DNA from: Hyalangium minutum
GTDB lineage: Bacteria > Myxococcota > Myxococcia > Myxococcales > Myxococcaceae
Reading direction: 5' to 3'
Length of the DNA: 64,000 nt
NCBI RefSeq assembly: GCF_000737315.1
Contig: NZ_JMCB01000020.1
Coordinates: forward strand, 166,253 to 230,252
The notes under the pieces are model-generated. The model was not told where the DNA came from. It did no database searches and was given only the letters and a program-made list of their open reading frames with translations. The position numbers and the translations under genes were made by a program. Positions 46,551 to 56,757 of this stretch are shown piece after piece; the first letter of the stretch is position 1, and every line of letters starts with the position of its first letter.

Positions 46551-48662
46551 TCAATCGCTCGCGGTGCACTGGGCTGCCAGCGCTTCGGCCCGGTCCGGGA
46601 AGCGGGAGGCCAGCTCGCGCTTCACCTCCGCCACCGTGGCCTCGTTGCCCCGGCGGGCGTACATCTGGCAGCGGGCGGCCAGCGCTCGTGGATCCTGCGG
46701 CTCCAGCTGATCCGCCTCGCGGTAGGCCCGCTCGGCACCCGCCGTGTCTCCCTGCCGGAAGAGCACCGCGCCCAGGTAGTAGTGGGCTACGGCCAGCTTC
46801 GGGGACTTCTTCAGCGCCCGCTTGAGCAGCGCCGCCGCGTCCTCCACGCGCTCCTGGCGGTAGCGCACGAAGGCCAGCTCGGCCAGGGACTCCGCATCGC
46901 CGTGGTCCTTCGTCCACGTCCCGAGCACCTCGGAGGCTTCGTCCAGCTTCCCGCTGTGCGAGAGCAGCCGCCCGTAGCGCGGAGTGATCTGCGCGTCCTT
47001 CGGGCGCTTCTCGTAGGCCTTCGATAGCGCCGCCAGCGCCCCCGGCACGTCGCCCTGCCGCTCGCGCAGCGCGGCCATCGTCAGCAGGGGACGCACATCC
47101 CCAGGTGCCAGTGTCGTGGCCTCCTCGATGGCTCGCTCGGCCCGCTTGCCTTTGCGCAGCTCGGTGGCGGCTCGCGCGGCCAGCAGGTGCGCGTCCGCCT
47201 CCTTCGGGAAGCGCCGGATGAACGCCTCGGCGAGGTCGAGCGCCGCGTCGTGTTCACCCGCCTCCATCAGCAGCTCGCCCGCCCGTGCCAGCTCCGAAGC
47301 CGTGGCACGCTCATCCTCCTCCATCCCCTTCAGCGCGGACCTTCGCTCCTTGCCCGTGGACAAGGCCTCGGCGGCGGTGATCCGCTCCGCGGGAGACAGG
47401 GTGGGGCGCATCAGCCACCATGCCACGCCCGCGCCACCCATGAGCAGCGCCAGCACCACGGCGCCCACCACTCGCAGCCGCCCACGGGACTTCGGCGCTG
47501 CGAGGTTGGCGGGCACCGTGGCCGGCTCGGGTCCCAGCATGGCGGGCCCGGGAGGCAAGGTCTTCGCAGTCGAAGGACTCTGCGCAGGCGGTGTCGAGCC
47601 CCGGCTTGAGCTCGAGGACAGTGAGGAAGCACGAGACAGATCCACCGGTATCCGAGGCCCGGGTGAGCCCGCATCGGACGGGTCCGCCGAACGCGCGCGC
47701 TGCAGCGCCTGCCGCTTCGAGTCACGGTCCAGTGGGAAGAGGTGCTCCACGTAGGCGGCCACCTGCTCGTGGGTGGCGACCTCCGCCTGGCCTCCTACGC
47801 TCTCGATGGCCTCGGTGAACACCTGGAGTGACTCGAAGCGCGCCTCCGGATCCCTGTGCAGCGCCGTCAGGCAGATGTGCTCAAGCGCGAGGGGCACCGC
47901 CGGATCAAACGCGGTGGGTGGCTTGGGGCGGCCCTCGGCGATGCGCGTCAGCACCTCCTCGGGGTTCAGCCCCGTGAAGGGCCGCCGGCCGCAGAGCTGC
48001 TCGTAGAGCATCACCCCCGCTGCGAAGATGTCCGCACGGTGATCCACCGTGTTGCCGACGATCATCTCCGGCGACATGTAGAAGAACTTGCCCTTGAGCG
48101 TCCCGGGCTCCGTCCCCGAGCCCAGCGTCTCCGCCTTGGCTATTCCGAAGTCGATCACCTTGATGGAGCCGTTCACCCCCACGTGGATGTTGTCCGGCGT
48201 GAAGTCGCGGTGGACGATGCGCAGCGGCCGCCCCGCCTCGTCCACGGCGCGGTGCGCGGCATCCAAGCCTCGGCACGCGTCCACCAGCACCCGCAGCGTC
48301 ACCCCCGTCGGCACCCGCTGGCCGCGCTCGGCGGCCTCGGCACGCAGCTCCGCGAACGAGCGTCCCTCCAACAACTCCATGGCGATGAAGGGCTCGGTGT
48401 CCGCCAGCCCCAGCTCGAGGATGCTGATCACATTCGGGTGGTGCACCTGCGCGGTGATGCGCGCCTCGTTCAGGAACATCTGGACGATGCGCCGATCCGA
48501 CACCAGGTGCGGCAGCAGCCGCTTCACCGCCACCGCCGGGCCGCGCCGCCCGTCCTCGTCGATGTGGCGCCCCAGGTACACCTCGGCCATGCCGCCTGTC
48601 GCGATGCGCGCGCTCAGGCGGTAGCGGCCCAGCCAGTACGGGTTCTGTTCGGGAGCGCCCAC
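46551..48662 (-). CDS. Ser/Thr protein kinase with TM and C-terminal TPRs
   Basis: IATGGMAEVY, VAVK, HRDFTPDN, DFG, GTLKGKFFYMSPE; TM followed by TPR repeats. Confidence 0.9.
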   Translation of the reverse strand: MGAPEQNPYWLGRYRLSARIATGGMAEVYLGRHIDEDGRRGPAVAVKRLLPHLVSDRRIVQMFLNEARITAQVHHPNVISILELGLADTEPFIAMELLEGRSFAELRAEAAERGQRVPTGVTLRVLVDACRGLDAAHRAVDEAGRPLRIVHRDFTPDNIHVGVNGSIKVIDFGIAKAETLGSGTEPGTLKGKFFYMSPEMIVGNTVDHRADIFAAGVMLYEQLCGRRPFTGLNPEEVLTRIAEGRPKPPTAFDPAVPLALEHICLTALHRDPEARFESLQVFTEAIESVGGQAEVATHEQVAAYVEHLFPLDRDSKRQALQRARSADPSDAGSPGPRIPVDLSRASSLSSSSSRGSTPPAQSPSTAKTLPPGPAMLGPEPATVPANLAAPKSRGRLRVVGAVVLALLMGGAGVAWWLMRPTLSPAERITAAEALSTGKERRSALKGMEEDERATASELARAGELLMEAGEHDAALDLAEAFIRRFPKEADAHLLAARAATELRKGKRAERAIEEATTLAPGDVRPLLTMAALRERQGDVPGALAALSKAYEKRPKDAQITPRYGRLLSHSGKLDEASEVLGTWTKDHGDAESLAELAFVRYRQERVEDAAALLKRALKKSPKLAVAHYYLGAVLFRQGDTAGAERAYREADQLEPQDPRALAARCQMYARRGNEATVAEVKRELASRFPDRAEALAAQCTASD

Positions 48663-48808
48663 GCCGGGTGCAGTCTATGTAGCGGCGCGTCCGGCTCCTA
48701 CTGCCCTCTGATCTTTTGCCGCTCCTCCGGAGGGCAGGGAGACGGAAAGGCCGGAAATTTGCCCCCGTGTACTTCCCAGCCCACGCTTGCTGCCCGCGGT
48801 AACGGAGG

Positions 48809-49273
48809 ATGAAGCGCATGGCTGGTCGGCTGGGTTTGCTACTGGGAGTCGTCGTCGCCCTCACGGGGTGCACGACCGTGGACGTAGCGAGAGCCCCGGA
48901 CACGGGCCGGGGGCGCGACGTGTTCGTCACCACGAGCGATCTCCCGGGCCCCTACAAGAGCCTCGGCGTGGTGCAGGCCACCCGTCGCGGGGTGCTCCTG
49001 TTCGGCTTCGCGGATCCGGCGGGCACGGATCTCCAGGGCGACTTGGACGAGCAGCTGCTGCCACAGGTCCGCATGATGGGCGGCGACGGAGTGATCAACG
49101 CGCGCTTCCAGCAGACGCAGTACACGCTGGCCACCCGCATCCTCTTCGCCGTCCTGTTCTTCATCCCACTGCCGAGCGAGGCCACCATCACCGGTGAGGT
49201 GGTGAAGCTCGAGGCCGGCGGCCAGCCCCCCGGCATGGGCGGAAGCGCCACGGCTCCGGCGGCGGCCCGCTGA
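48809..49273 (+). CDS. YbjQ/UPF0145-like lipoprotein 1
   Basis: Lipobox LTGC; PYKSLGVV, MGGDGVIN.RF. Confidence 0.7.
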   Translation: MKRMAGRLGLLLGVVVALTGCTTVDVARAPDTGRGRDVFVTTSDLPGPYKSLGVVQATRRGVLLFGFADPAGTDLQGDLDEQLLPQVRMMGGDGVINARFQQTQYTLATRILFAVLFFIPLPSEATITGEVVKLEAGGQPPGMGGSATAPAAAR

Positions 49274-49302
49274 ACCTTGCCTTCCTTCCTGGAGAGACCT
49301 TC

Positions 49303-49749
49303 GTGAGACTCCTGCTCCTCCTTTCCTTGGTGGCGTGGGCCACCGGCTGCGGCGCCACGGTGCGTGGCTCGCCGCTGTCCAGCCGCCCGCCGAATGACAA
49401 CGTCCGCGGCATCTTCCTCAGCACGGGCACCTCCCCGCGCCCGTACCGCACCGTGGGCTTCACCCAGGTGACGGGCTACGGCGCCACCGTGGCGGGCTTC
49501 CATGATGTCGGTGAGGCGGGCCTGGACAGCACCATCCGCGGCACGCTCTCGCAGGTGGCTGCCCGCATGGGCGGCGACGGCGTCATCAACATCGAGTTCA
49601 TCGACGAGAACCCACCCACCGAGGTGGAGCGCATCGCGGATCTCTCCAACACCGTCTCCAGCGTGGCCAGCGGCAGGGGCGAGGTGAAGACCCGTAACCG
49701 CGCCGTCATCGTCACCGGCGAAGTCATCCAGTTCCTGTCCGCTCCATGA
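49303..49749 (+). CDS. YbjQ/UPF0145-like lipoprotein 2
   Basis: Lipobox ATGC; PYRTVGF, MGGDGVINIEF, VTGEVI. Confidence 0.7.
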   Translation: MRLLLLLSLVAWATGCGATVRGSPLSSRPPNDNVRGIFLSTGTSPRPYRTVGFTQVTGYGATVAGFHDVGEAGLDSTIRGTLSQVAARMGGDGVINIEFIDENPPTEVERIADLSNTVSSVASGRGEVKTRNRAVIVTGEVIQFLSAP

Positions 49750-50207
49750 GGCTCTCTTCCATGCGTCTGCTGCTCGTGCTCAGTCTGGCGGCCCTCACGG
49801 GCTGCACCGTCATCAACACCGCGGCCGTGCCCTCGGATCGCAGCGGCCAGGACATCTTCGTCTCGGCGGGGGACATCCCCGAGCCCTACGAGTCGCTCGG
49901 CATGGTGCAGGCCACGCGCTCGGGCGTGCTGCTGTTCGGCTTCATCGACGTGGTGGGCACCGACATCCAGGCGGGCCTGGCCGAAGTGCTGATCCCCCAA
50001 ATTCGCGAGATGGGCGGAGATGGCGCCATCAACGTGCGCTTCCGGCAGACGCAGTACCTGCCCGTGCAGCAGGTGCTGGGGGCCATCTTCTTCTTCGCCC
50101 CCCTGCCCACCAGTGTGACGGTGACCGCCGAGGTGGTGAAGCTGCGCCGGGGCAGCGCCGAGCGGCCGGATCAGTCTCCCGTGGCTCCGCCGGTGGCGGC
50201 GCGCTGA
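49746..50207 (+). CDS. YbjQ/UPF0145-like lipoprotein 3
   Basis: Lipobox LTGC; PYESLGMV, MGGDGAINVRF; clearly paralogous to 48809-49273. Confidence 0.7.
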   Translation: MRLSSMRLLLVLSLAALTGCTVINTAAVPSDRSGQDIFVSAGDIPEPYESLGMVQATRSGVLLFGFIDVVGTDIQAGLAEVLIPQIREMGGDGAINVRFRQTQYLPVQQVLGAIFFFAPLPTSVTVTAEVVKLRRGSAERPDQSPVAPPVAAR

Positions 50208-50303
50208 GGGGCCGTAGGACCTACCTTGTCCCCCTGTCTGCTCGCGCGGTGAGGGGGACAGGGTGGTAACGTCCGCGCGAGTCTTTCCTGGGCCGTTTCC
50301 GAG

Positions 50304-51596
50304 GTGGGAGCGACGGTGGGCATCGTCCTCAAAGGTGGAAATGTCGTCGAGCTCGAGCCAGCCACCGTGGAGCGGGTGGATCTGCGCATCGAGGATGCGC
50401 GCGTCGTGGCCCGCGGGCCCGATGTGCAGCCGCAGCCGGGTGACGAGGTGGTGGCGCTGTCGGGCAAGCTCGTCTTCCCGGGGCTGGTGAGCGCGCACCA
50501 CCGGCTGCACATGTCGCTGGGCCGCGGCATGCCCGAGCCCAAGCTGGACAGCTACCAGGAGGCGCTGGAGCAGGTGCGCTGGAAGTACGAGGGCGCGCTG
50601 GATCTGGACGCCGTGCAGGTGGCGGCCACGGCGGGCGGGCTCGAGGCGCTGCAGTGTGGCACCACCACGGTGTTCGACTTGCACTCGTCGCCCCGAGAGA
50701 TTCTTGGGTCGCTGACGCGGGTGGCGCGCGGGCTCCACGAGGTGGGCGTGCGCGGGGTGCTCTCCTACGCGGTGACGGACCGCGCCGGGGCCGTGGGGCG
50801 CGAGGAGGGGCTGGAGGAGACCGTCTCCTTCGCGCAGAAGGCGAAGGGGCGCTTCCGGGGGCAGGTGGGCGCGGGGCAGACGTTCACGCTCGGCGGTGAC
50901 GCGCTGGAGGGGCTGAAGCAGGCGCTGAGCACCACGGGCACCGGGCTGCACGTGCCGCTGGCGGAGGATCCGCTGGACGAGAAGCTCTCGGTGGAGCGGC
51001 ATGGCAGCGCTCCGGTGGCGCGGCTGCTGGAGGCGGGGCTGCTGTCGCCTCAGAGCCTGGTGGCGCATGCGGGGCACCTGGGCTGGGGCGACCTGGCGCA
51101 GGTGATCAGCACGGGCACGTGGCTGGTGCACACGCCGCGCTCCAACCAGCGGCTCGAGGTGGGCTATGCGCCGGCGCTGAAGTTCGGCGCGCGCGCGACA
51201 CTGGGGGCGGACGGCCTGTCCGCGGATCTGTTCGCGGAGGCCCAGGCGGCGTACCTGCGCTCGCGCGAGGCGGGGCAGCCCATCGATGTGCTGCGCTACC
51301 TGGCCAACGGGCACCGGCTGGCGGCGCAGGCGTTCGGGCAGCAGGTGGGGATGCTGCGCGAGGGCGCCCTGGCGGATCTGCTCGTCCTGGACTACCTGCC
51401 GGCCACGCCGCTCACGGCGGAGAACCTGGCCTGGCACGTGGTGTACGGCCTGGGAGCCCGGCACGTGGAGGCGGTGATGGTGGATGGCATCTGGCGCGTC
51501 TGGGCGCGCCGGCCGCTGTCGGTGAACCCGATGGTGGTGGCGGACCAGGCGCGAGAGGCGGCTGGCGCGGTATGGGCGAGGATGGCGGGTAAGTGA
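50304..51596 (+). CDS. Amidohydrolase superfamily protein (SsnA/AtzA-like) with altered metal ligands
   Basis: VFPGLVSAHH, GTTTVFD, LGADG, G.L..G..ADL. Confidence 0.8.
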   Translation: MGATVGIVLKGGNVVELEPATVERVDLRIEDARVVARGPDVQPQPGDEVVALSGKLVFPGLVSAHHRLHMSLGRGMPEPKLDSYQEALEQVRWKYEGALDLDAVQVAATAGGLEALQCGTTTVFDLHSSPREILGSLTRVARGLHEVGVRGVLSYAVTDRAGAVGREEGLEETVSFAQKAKGRFRGQVGAGQTFTLGGDALEGLKQALSTTGTGLHVPLAEDPLDEKLSVERHGSAPVARLLEAGLLSPQSLVAHAGHLGWGDLAQVISTGTWLVHTPRSNQRLEVGYAPALKFGARATLGADGLSADLFAEAQAAYLRSREAGQPIDVLRYLANGHRLAAQAFGQQVGMLREGALADLLVLDYLPATPLTAENLAWHVVYGLGARHVEAVMVDGIWRVWARRPLSVNPMVVADQAREAAGAVWARMAGK

Positions 51597-51650
51597 CAGT
51601 GAGCGCTTGAGGGCTTGCCTTCCTGGCCTGCAGGCCATTAAGACCGGCCC

Positions 51651-52187
51651 ATGATTCTCCCCCTTCTGGTGACAGGCTTCTTCTTGAGTGCCGTCCCTCA
51701 GGTGGGTGACACGGCTCCGGACTTCACCGTGACGGACACCGACGGCAAGCAGCACACGCTGTCGGAGCTGGTGAAGCAGGGCCCGGTCATCCTGGCGTTC
51801 TTCCCCAAGGCGTTCACATCGGGTTGCACGCGCGAGCTCACGGCGTATCGGGACCGTTACGCGGACATCGAGAAGCTCAAAGGCCAGGTCCTGGCCATCT
51901 CCATGGATGATGCAGAGACGTTGAAGCGGTTCAAGGCAGAGCTGAAGGCGCCGTTTGCCTTCATCCCCGACCCTGATGGGAAGGTGGTGAAGGACTACGA
52001 CGTGAAGACACCGGTCGTGTCCTTCGCGCAGCGCTACACCTTCGTCATTGGCGAAGGCCGGAAGATCCTCAAGGTGGACTCGGGCAAGGACGCCATCGAT
52101 CCTTCGGGAGCGGTGGCGGCGTGCCCTCTGAGCAAGCCGGGCTCGAAGCCCGACGCGAGGACTCCGCCGGACGCGAGAGCCCCCTGA
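51651..52187 (+). CDS. Peroxiredoxin (BCP/PrxQ-like)
   Basis: [18 protein letters not shown] fits PxxxTxxC. Confidence 0.88.
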   Translation: MILPLLVTGFFLSAVPQVGDTAPDFTVTDTDGKQHTLSELVKQGPVILAFFPKAFTSGCTRELTAYRDRYADIEKLKGQVLAISMDDAETLKRFKAELKAPFAFIPDPDGKVVKDYDVKTPVVSFAQRYTFVIGEGRKILKVDSGKDAIDPSGAVAACPLSKPGSKPDARTPPDARAP

Positions 52188-52244
52188 GCGCTGGCCGTAC
52201 GGGAGCCGGATCCAGGATGACGGATCCGGCTCACCGGCTCGGCG

Positions 52245-52553
52245 TCAGTGCTTCAGCGCATGCGCGTGTTCGCGCAGGGCGATCCTGCTTGTGGGATTCC
52301 CCAGCCGAGCCAGCTCTTGCTTGGTGGCATCGCGCTCGAATTGCCACGGGTTGACCCCGTTGTCGTTGACGTCGCCCGGGCATTGCCCGGAGTCCACCCA
52401 CTCGGTGTTGAAGTAGATCCTCCCGTCGAAGATGACGTGAAAGCGCTCATCCTTGGTGCTCTGTTGCCCATTCCAGGCGGCCAGGGGCTGATCGGTGCTC
52501 GCCAACTGTTGGCCACGCTTCTTCAGGTCCTCCAGCGTCTCAGGCTTCTGCAT
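52245..52553 (-). CDS. Hypothetical protein (102 aa)
   Basis: GGAGGG RBS before ATG 52553; good codon bias. Confidence 0.55.
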   Translation of the reverse strand: MQKPETLEDLKKRGQQLASTDQPLAAWNGQQSTKDERFHVIFDGRIYFNTEWVDSGQCPGDVNDNGVNPWQFERDATKQELARLGNPTSRIALREHAHALKH

Positions 52554-52745
52554 GGGACTCCCTCCTTGGGTTCTAGGGTGGGCACTCCCCGTGAGAGAGG
52601 GGACGCTTGGAGGGAGAGGCCAAGGCCGCCCGGACCTCCACCGTGCGAGCAAGCAAGGCACAGGCACGCCGCCTCTGGGGCTTGATCAGCTGGTGGTTTC
52701 TAGTGCGCCGCGTCATTTGGCCTGCTGACACGAACACTCTGGAGG

Positions 52746-52759
52746 TGAAAGCGTTTTCT
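52746..52759. promoter_or_regulatory. LacI-family (cre-like) operator candidate TGAAAGCGTTTTCT
   Basis: 13/14 match to TGWAARCGYTWNCA, about 60 nt upstream of the GH16 gene. Confidence 0.5.
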
Positions 52760-52820
52760 TCACTTATCCAGTGAATTCATGTATTGAAGGGACTTCGCCC
52801 TTTCCACCGCAGGCCCCGCT

Positions 52821-54188
52821 ATGTCCCGACAGACTCTCTCCACGAAGTTCCTGGCTCTCTGTTGTCTGACAGCGCTTTCCGGATGCGCAATGGACCCCTC
52901 CGAGGAGGGCGCCCTGGACACCCCGCCCGAGGCCGTGGGGCAGACCCAGGGCGAGCTTGAGTACAACCCGGGCTCGGGCTGGAACCTGGCCTGGTCGGAT
53001 GAGTTCGAGGGCTCCGCCCTGAACACCAACAACTGGACCACGCTCAACAGCGACTTCGATCCAGTCACCAACAACTGCCAGTTCGGCACGGGCGAGATCG
53101 AGTACCCCCGGACGCAGAACGTCTCGGTGAGCGGCGGCAAGCTCATCCTCAAGGCCGAGCGCACCGCCGCCACCACGGTGTCCGACACCCGCTGTGGCGC
53201 AGCGCAGCGCACGCTCTTCTCCGGCCGCCTGCACACCAAGGGCAAGGTGGAGAAGACCTACGGAAAGATTGTCGCGAGCATCAAGGTGCCCTCCGGCTAC
53301 GGCATGTGGCCGGCGTTCTGGACGCTGGGCGCCAACGTCCAGTCGGTAGGCTGGCCCGCCAGCGGGGAGATCGACATCCTCGAGTGGCACTCCAACGAGC
53401 CCAACTGGATGAAGTCCGCCACGCACTGGTCCGTCGGCTCCCAGGCCGACTGGGGCACGGGCCAGAGCGGCGGCTACAACCTGGCCGACTCCTTCCACAC
53501 CTATGAGGTGGAGTGGAACGCCAACTCCATGGTGTTCCGGCTGGATGGCACGTACGTGGGCGCGACCTACGGCCACAACGAGACCGAGTTCCAGCAGAAC
53601 CACTACATCATCCTGAACCTGGCGCTGGGCGGGAACTGGTATGGCTTCCCGGCCGCCAGCAGCATCGCGCTGACGCAGGGCCAGCCGAAGACCATGGAGG
53701 TCGAGTGGGTTCGCTGGTACCAGCCGGGCAGCACGCCTCCGTCGGGTATCTCGGTGGCCAACCCCAGCTTCGAGTCGGGCCTGTCCAACTGGACGACGTG
53801 GACGCCCAACGGCACCGCGGGCGCGGCCTTCAGCGAGACGTACAACGGCGGGCACTCGGGCTCCTACCACCTGACGCACTATAGCGGCTCGCCCTTCGAG
53901 ACCTGGACGTATCAGGTGAAGACGGGCCTGGCGAACGGCAACTACAAGGTTCGCGCCTGGGTGCGGAAGGGCGGCTCGTTCAACATCTCCCGGCTGCAGG
54001 GCAAGACGAGCGGCTCCGCCGCGCCGGTGTACACGTCGCTTGGCACGTATGGGAACTGGACGCTGGTGGAGACGCCCGTCATCAACGTCACCAGCGGCTA
54101 CCTGGAGTTCGGCTTCCACACCCAGGCCACCACGGGCAACACCGCCAACTTCATCCACATGGATGATGTGGAGATCGTGAAGCTCTAG
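52821..54188 (+). CDS. GH16 beta-glucanase (laminarinase-like) lipoprotein with C-terminal carbohydrate-binding module
   Basis: Lipobox LSGC; WSDEF, GMWPAFW, EIDILE catalytic motif; NPSFE CBM. Confidence 0.9.
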   Translation: MSRQTLSTKFLALCCLTALSGCAMDPSEEGALDTPPEAVGQTQGELEYNPGSGWNLAWSDEFEGSALNTNNWTTLNSDFDPVTNNCQFGTGEIEYPRTQNVSVSGGKLILKAERTAATTVSDTRCGAAQRTLFSGRLHTKGKVEKTYGKIVASIKVPSGYGMWPAFWTLGANVQSVGWPASGEIDILEWHSNEPNWMKSATHWSVGSQADWGTGQSGGYNLADSFHTYEVEWNANSMVFRLDGTYVGATYGHNETEFQQNHYIILNLALGGNWYGFPAASSIALTQGQPKTMEVEWVRWYQPGSTPPSGISVANPSFESGLSNWTTWTPNGTAGAAFSETYNGGHSGSYHLTHYSGSPFETWTYQVKTGLANGNYKVRAWVRKGGSFNISRLQGKTSGSAAPVYTSLGTYGNWTLVETPVINVTSGYLEFGFHTQATTGNTANFIHMDDVEIVKL

Positions 54189-54241
54189 TTTGTAGTGCAG
54201 GGGCAGAGGAGTGATTCTGGGGAGCGCGGAGCTCCTCTGCC

Positions 54242-56650
54242 TCAGGTCCTGGCGGTGAGGCGGGCCATGGAGGGCGCCACCAGGGCCAGCAGGCCGTAGA
54301 CGCCCGCCGCGCAGGCGAGCGTCGCGCCGATTCCCCAGGACACCGAGAGGAAGACCGCCGCCCCAGAGCCCACGACGGACAGCACGCCGTTGACACCCCA
54401 GCACCACGCGGCCGCTTCCGGTGCGACGGCCAGGACGCGGCGCAGCCCCAGTGGGAACAGGAAGCCCAGGACGATCCCCGGCAGGCCCGCCACCAGCACG
54501 CACACCAGTGCGCGCTCCACGAAGGAGCGGGCCAGCACCGCCGAGATGACGCTCGAGGGCACCACGGACCACAGGGCGATGACCCCTGCGGCGAGGCCCG
54601 GCAGCAGCAGCAGGGTCCGCCCCGAGGTAGGGTCCAGTCGCTCGGACAGCGTGGAACCCAGCCCGGCGGCCAGCGTCAGCGGTGCCAGCGTCAGGGCCAG
54701 CGCCCAGGTGGGATCTCCCAGCAGCAGGTGGAGCCGCTGCGCCGTGGCAATCTCAAAGAGCATGAACCCCAGCCCGAGCGCGGCGAACCATGCCGGGATG
54801 ATCAGCTTGCCCACCGGGCCCAGGGGGGCCAGCGTGCCCTTCTTCCGCCACAGCGGAGGGAGGATCCACGCAACCGCCAAGAGCGCCGCGAGCCCGAAGG
54901 CAATCGCCATCGCTCCCACTGCCACCACGTTGCCCCGGAGCATGCCGCCGCCGCCGGAGCTCAGCAGCTCCTGGATCTTCGCGGGGGACAGCCAGGCCGA
55001 CAGCGGCACCTGGAGGAAGAAGAACGGCCGGTCATCCGTGGTCGCGGTCAGATCGACGCCGGCCTCAGCGGACAGGGCCTCGAGCTTCGAGTCATCGGCC
55101 GCCTCCGCCACCGCCGCGAGCCAGGGTGAGGCGGGCGGCTCTCCCGGGACGAGCAGCAGGCGCAGCCCTCCGGAGAGGGCCCGCTCGCGCACCACCGCGA
55201 CATCCTCGGGACGCAGGGGGGAGGGGCTGACAAGGATGTTGGCCAGCTCGCCGCGGGCCACCAACAGCAGGTGGCGCGAGGGGTCGGCGATCCCCCGGTC
55301 TCGCAGGGCCGCGGAGGCCAGGGCCACCAGGCGGGCCACCTCGAGGGGGCGCTCCGGATCGTACCAGCGCGAGAAGCTCACGATGCCGTCGGGCTGGAGC
55401 TTGTCCAGGAACAGCCGCCACGCCTCGCGCGTGTAGAGCGAGTTCTCCGTGAGCGTCATCGCGCCCATGCCCGTGGAGGCCCACGTGTCCACCAGCGAGG
55501 CCACGATGACCTGGAAGCGCTGGGGGCTCCGGGCCAGCCAGGAGCGGCCATCCTCCGCGTACAGGGAGACGCCCGGCTGCCGGGCCAGCGGCGCGTGCTC
55601 CGCGAGCGGCCCGCGCAGCATGTCCAAGATGAGGGGATTGACCTCGACGCCCGTCACGGAGGGGTGCCGGTAGAGGAGCGCCGTGGCAATGTCCCGCCCG
55701 CCGCCGACCCCGATGACGAGCACCTGGCCGGGCGGGCGGAGCCAGTGCGCCGCGCTGGTCAGGTCATAGCGCAGGTAGTCCAGGTCCGAGCGCAGGTCCT
55801 GGAAGGCGCAGCTCGCGGTGCCGGCCTCGCCATCGATCAACAGGAAGGCCTGGGGCGTCAGCGTCTGGGGTGCATCCTGGAGCGGCCCCCAGTAGATGGG
55901 GGGGACGCGGTGGAAGCGGCTGACCCGCACGTGGGAGATGGAGTTCCAGCCCTCCGCGGCGGCGGCTCCATCCTCGGGCGGGTGTCCCTTCACGTGGCGC
56001 AGCGCCAGAGCCTCCTGGGAGAGCACCGGCGCCAGCACGAGGAGCCCCATGAGCCCGGCCTTCAGGCGGGCGCCTCGGGAGTCCGCCAACGTGAGCAGGG
56101 CGAGCGCCGGTAGCACGGCCGTGGCCGCCAGCGCCCGGGGCGCTCCGAGCAGCGAGATGGCGGGGGCAGCCAGAAGGGCTCCCAGCGCGGATCCAGCGAG
56201 GTCCGCGCCGTAGACGAGCCCGGGCCGCTGAGCGCGCGTGAGCAGGGCCGCCAGGGCCGCGCCGCCCGCGGCAAACGGGAGCGCGATGATGACGGAGAGC
56301 TGCAGCAGGCTGACGAGTGTGCTCGGCAGGCGGGTGAGGTCCAGCACCACGGGGACGCGCACGAGCCACACCGAGGCCGCGCAGGTCAGCAGCGAGCCTA
56401 GGGTCAGCGCCACCGCGAGCGAGGCGCCCATGCGTTCGGGAGAGAAGCCTCGCGGCCAGAGGTGGACGGCGAGCGCGCCCACGCTCATGCCCAGCAGCCC
56501 CAGCGAGAGCGCGAGGTAGCCCAGCGAGTACCACGTCGTGACCGACAGCAGCCGGGCGAGGAGGACCTCCTGGGCCAACAGGGCGGAGGCGATCAGCGCC
56601 GCGGCTGCGGGAGCGTGCCGGAGAGGAGCGGCGGCGGACGGAGGAGCCAT
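54242..56650 (-). CDS. Membrane protein with central spermidine-synthase-like SAM-binding domain
   Basis: N- and C-terminal multi-TM blocks; VLVIGVGGGRD, GVEVNP, EDGRSWL, TDDRPFF. Confidence 0.8.
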   Translation of the reverse strand: MAPPSAAAPLRHAPAAAALIASALLAQEVLLARLLSVTTWYSLGYLALSLGLLGMSVGALAVHLWPRGFSPERMGASLAVALTLGSLLTCAASVWLVRVPVVLDLTRLPSTLVSLLQLSVIIALPFAAGGAALAALLTRAQRPGLVYGADLAGSALGALLAAPAISLLGAPRALAATAVLPALALLTLADSRGARLKAGLMGLLVLAPVLSQEALALRHVKGHPPEDGAAAAEGWNSISHVRVSRFHRVPPIYWGPLQDAPQTLTPQAFLLIDGEAGTASCAFQDLRSDLDYLRYDLTSAAHWLRPPGQVLVIGVGGGRDIATALLYRHPSVTGVEVNPLILDMLRGPLAEHAPLARQPGVSLYAEDGRSWLARSPQRFQVIVASLVDTWASTGMGAMTLTENSLYTREAWRLFLDKLQPDGIVSFSRWYDPERPLEVARLVALASAALRDRGIADPSRHLLLVARGELANILVSPSPLRPEDVAVVRERALSGGLRLLLVPGEPPASPWLAAVAEAADDSKLEALSAEAGVDLTATTDDRPFFFLQVPLSAWLSPAKIQELLSSGGGGMLRGNVVAVGAMAIAFGLAALLAVAWILPPLWRKKGTLAPLGPVGKLIIPAWFAALGLGFMLFEIATAQRLHLLLGDPTWALALTLAPLTLAAGLGSTLSERLDPTSGRTLLLLPGLAAGVIALWSVVPSSVISAVLARSFVERALVCVLVAGLPGIVLGFLFPLGLRRVLAVAPEAAAWCWGVNGVLSVVGSGAAVFLSVSWGIGATLACAAGVYGLLALVAPSMARLTART

Positions 56651-56757
56651 GAGCGCCCCACCTTAGCACCCCGGTCTTCCTCTGGCCGAGGAGCCTACCG
56701 CGCGTACCAGGCGCACTCGCTGCTGCAGCGTAGGCCGGGCAGCAGGCCCGGACCGGC

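Noticed and set aside
51651-52187. Selenocysteine in the peroxiredoxin
   Set aside because: The peroxidatic codon is TGC, not TGA
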